Part shown: positions 42,550 to 43,936 of the stretch, one piece after another
Layout: every line of letters begins with the position of its first letter
Position numbering within the stretch: position 1 is the stretch's first letter
Position numbers and translations under genes: made by a program
Notes under the pieces: model-generated
Told to the model about the DNA's origin: nothing
Databases searched by the model: none
What the model saw: only the letters and a program-made list of their open reading frames with translations
Source of the DNA: Steroidobacteraceae bacterium
GTDB taxonomy: Bacteria; Pseudomonadota; Gammaproteobacteria; Steroidobacterales; Steroidobacteraceae
Reading direction: 5' to 3'
Assembly (NCBI GenBank): GCA_049455515.1
Contig: JBMTZJ010000001.1
Coordinates: 1-43,936 of the forward strand
DNA: 43,936 nucleotides

Positions 42550-43518
42550 TTAATCCCGACGCCGACGTACGAGGCTCGTTTCGAGTACGCGCCAGACGAG
42601 CGTTTCGAAGTCGATGCCGCTCGCCTTGGCCGCCATCGGCACGAGGCTGTGATCGGTCATTCCCGGAACCGTGTTGATCTCGAGCAGCAGTGGCCTGCCC
42701 GTTGAATCCATCATGAAATCGACGCGACCCCAGCCCTCGGCTCCCACCGCGGCGAAGGCGCCGATCGCGAGGGCACCGAGATGCTTCTCGGCTTCGGCCG
42801 AGAGACCGGACGGACACTCGTACACGGTGTCCGATCGCAGATACTTGGCCTCGTAGTCGTAAAACGTTTTCGGCGTCGCGATGCGAATCGAGGGCAGTGC
42901 GCGGCCGTGCAATACGCCGACTGTGTATTCGGCACCCGGAATGAATGCCTCGGCGATCACCACATCGTCGGTCGCCGCCGCGGCGGCATAAGCGGCCGGA
43001 AGATCCGCAGCACGCTCGACTTTGCTGATACCCACTGAGGACCCTTGCGTCGCCGGCTTTACGAACATCGGCAGACCGAGTCGCGCCACGGCATTTTCGA
43101 AATCGGACGGGCCCCGGAGCACCGTGAACTCGGCGGTCGACACGCCGACGGCTGCGGCGAGACGCTTGGTGCGAACCTTGTCCATGCACACCGCCGAACC
43201 GAGCACGCCACTGCCGGTGTACGGCAGACCGAGGCATTCGAGTGCGCCCTGCAATGTCCCGTCCTCACCGCCGGGTCCGTGCAAGGCGATCCACACCCGA
43301 TCGAAGCGTTGATCGATCAACATGGACAGCGGCACATCCCGCGGATCGACGGCATGCGCATCGACACCCTTGCGCTTCAAGGCCGCAAGCACGGCTTGGC
43401 CGGTGAGCAAAGAAATCTCACGCTCGCTCGAGTGACCGCCGAGCATCACCGCGACTTTGCCGAAGTCACGCGGATCAGTGATCGTGCGTAGCGCTGCGCT
43501 GTCGTGCATCAGACGCAT
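42550..43518 (-). CDS. ddl: D-alanine--D-alanine ligase
   Basis: The 322-aa ORF contains [27 protein letters not shown], has the ATP-grasp fold, and contains [13 protein letters not shown] at 43516-43518 shares one base with the murB TGA. Confidence 0.95.
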   Translation of the reverse strand: MRLMHDSAALRTITDPRDFGKVAVMLGGHSSEREISLLTGQAVLAALKRKGVDAHAVDPRDVPLSMLIDQRFDRVWIALHGPGGEDGTLQGALECLGLPYTGSGVLGSAVCMDKVRTKRLAAAVGVSTAEFTVLRGPSDFENAVARLGLPMFVKPATQGSSVGISKVERAADLPAAYAAAAATDDVVIAEAFIPGAEYTVGVLHGRALPSIRIATPKTFYDYEAKYLRSDTVYECPSGLSAEAEKHLGALAIGAFAAVGAEGWGRVDFMMDSTGRPLLLEINTVPGMTDHSLVPMAAKASGIDFETLVWRVLETSLVRRRRD

Positions 43519-43936
43519 CAGGCCGCCTCCCCCACGATCCGCACCTCGGTGTTGAGCCGAATGCCGAAGCGCTGCGAGACAGTGTCGCGGACGCGATAAA
43601 TGAGCGCCTCGAGATCAGCGGCCGTCGCCTCGCCTTCATTCACGATGAAGTTGGCGTGCTTCGGAGACACTAGCGCCCCGCCAATACGCGTCCCCTTGAG
43701 GCCTGCCGCCTCGATGAGACGCGCGGCATGATCGCCCGGCGGATTGGTGAACACCGAACCACAACTCCACTCACCGATGGGCTGCTTCTGCTTGCGCTCG
43801 ACGAGCAGATCGCGAATCGTCTCGTTGCTAACGCCCTCGCGTTGCTCGAAGTGCAGTAACGCACCGAGGAAGGCCTCGCTCTCGATCGGCGACTCGACGT
43901 GACGGTAAGACACTCGATACTCGGAGGCGTTGCGCA
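43518..43936 (-). CDS. murB: UDP-N-acetylenolpyruvoylglucosamine reductase MurB, C-terminal part (the 5' end lies beyond the right edge)
   Basis: The ORF contains [45 protein letters not shown]. The frame stays open from 43913 to the window end (...[12 protein letters not shown]...), so the track's M at 43913 is an internal GTG. Confidence 0.9.
   Translation of the reverse strand, partial: RNASEYRVSYRHVESPIESEAFLGALLHFEQREGVSNETIRDLLVERKQKQPIGEWSCGSVFTNPPGDHAARLIEAAGLKGTRIGGALVSPKHANFIVNEGEATAADLEALIYRVRDTVSQRFGIRLNTEVRIVGEAA

Overview
This window is a visibly GC-rich, almost fully coding stretch of core chromosome with gammaproteobacterial gene order. I call 39 CDS (one truncated at the right edge) and one tRNA truncated at the left edge.

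Gene order, left to right (< is minus strand, > is plus strand):
- tRNA-Ser < csrA < alaS < recX < recA < pncC < secreted hypothetical | mutS >
- < aspS < GS-like ligase < class-III aminotransferase < FmdB zinc ribbon < clpB < ZIP transporter < pgeF < rluD | bamD >
- < nadE < sucD < sucC | pilD > coaE > zapD > GST >
- < prolyl oligopeptidase | DPP-IV > beta-carbonic anhydrase >
- < 129-aa hypothetical < aldehyde dehydrogenase < mutT < secA < M23 peptidase | DUF721/DciA-like >
- < lpxC < ftsZ < ftsA < ftsQ < ddl < murB (partial; end of the dcw cluster)

I found no rRNA, CRISPR array, transposase, integrase, phage gene or recognisable defence or toxin gene. The long ORFs antisense to real genes look like GC-rich shadow frames.

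My honest reading is that this is an ordinary housekeeping region, and I cannot support a claim of a clear novel multi-gene system. The least-explained loci are:
1. A translationally coupled FmdB / GSA-aminomutase-like aminotransferase / glutamine-synthetase-like ligase module between clpB and aspS.
2. An aldehyde dehydrogenase plus an unrecognisable 129-aa protein packed directly behind secA-mutT.
3. An orphan secreted 196-aa protein between mutS and pncC.
4. Several small structural oddities: a convergent lpxC/DciA-like coding overlap, a GC-rich hairpin in front of lpxC, a tandem 18-nt repeat carrying two stop codons, and recurrent non-ATG NTGA overlaps.

The ORF track translates TTG/GTG starts as M. 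I checked start codons in the sequence where it mattered.
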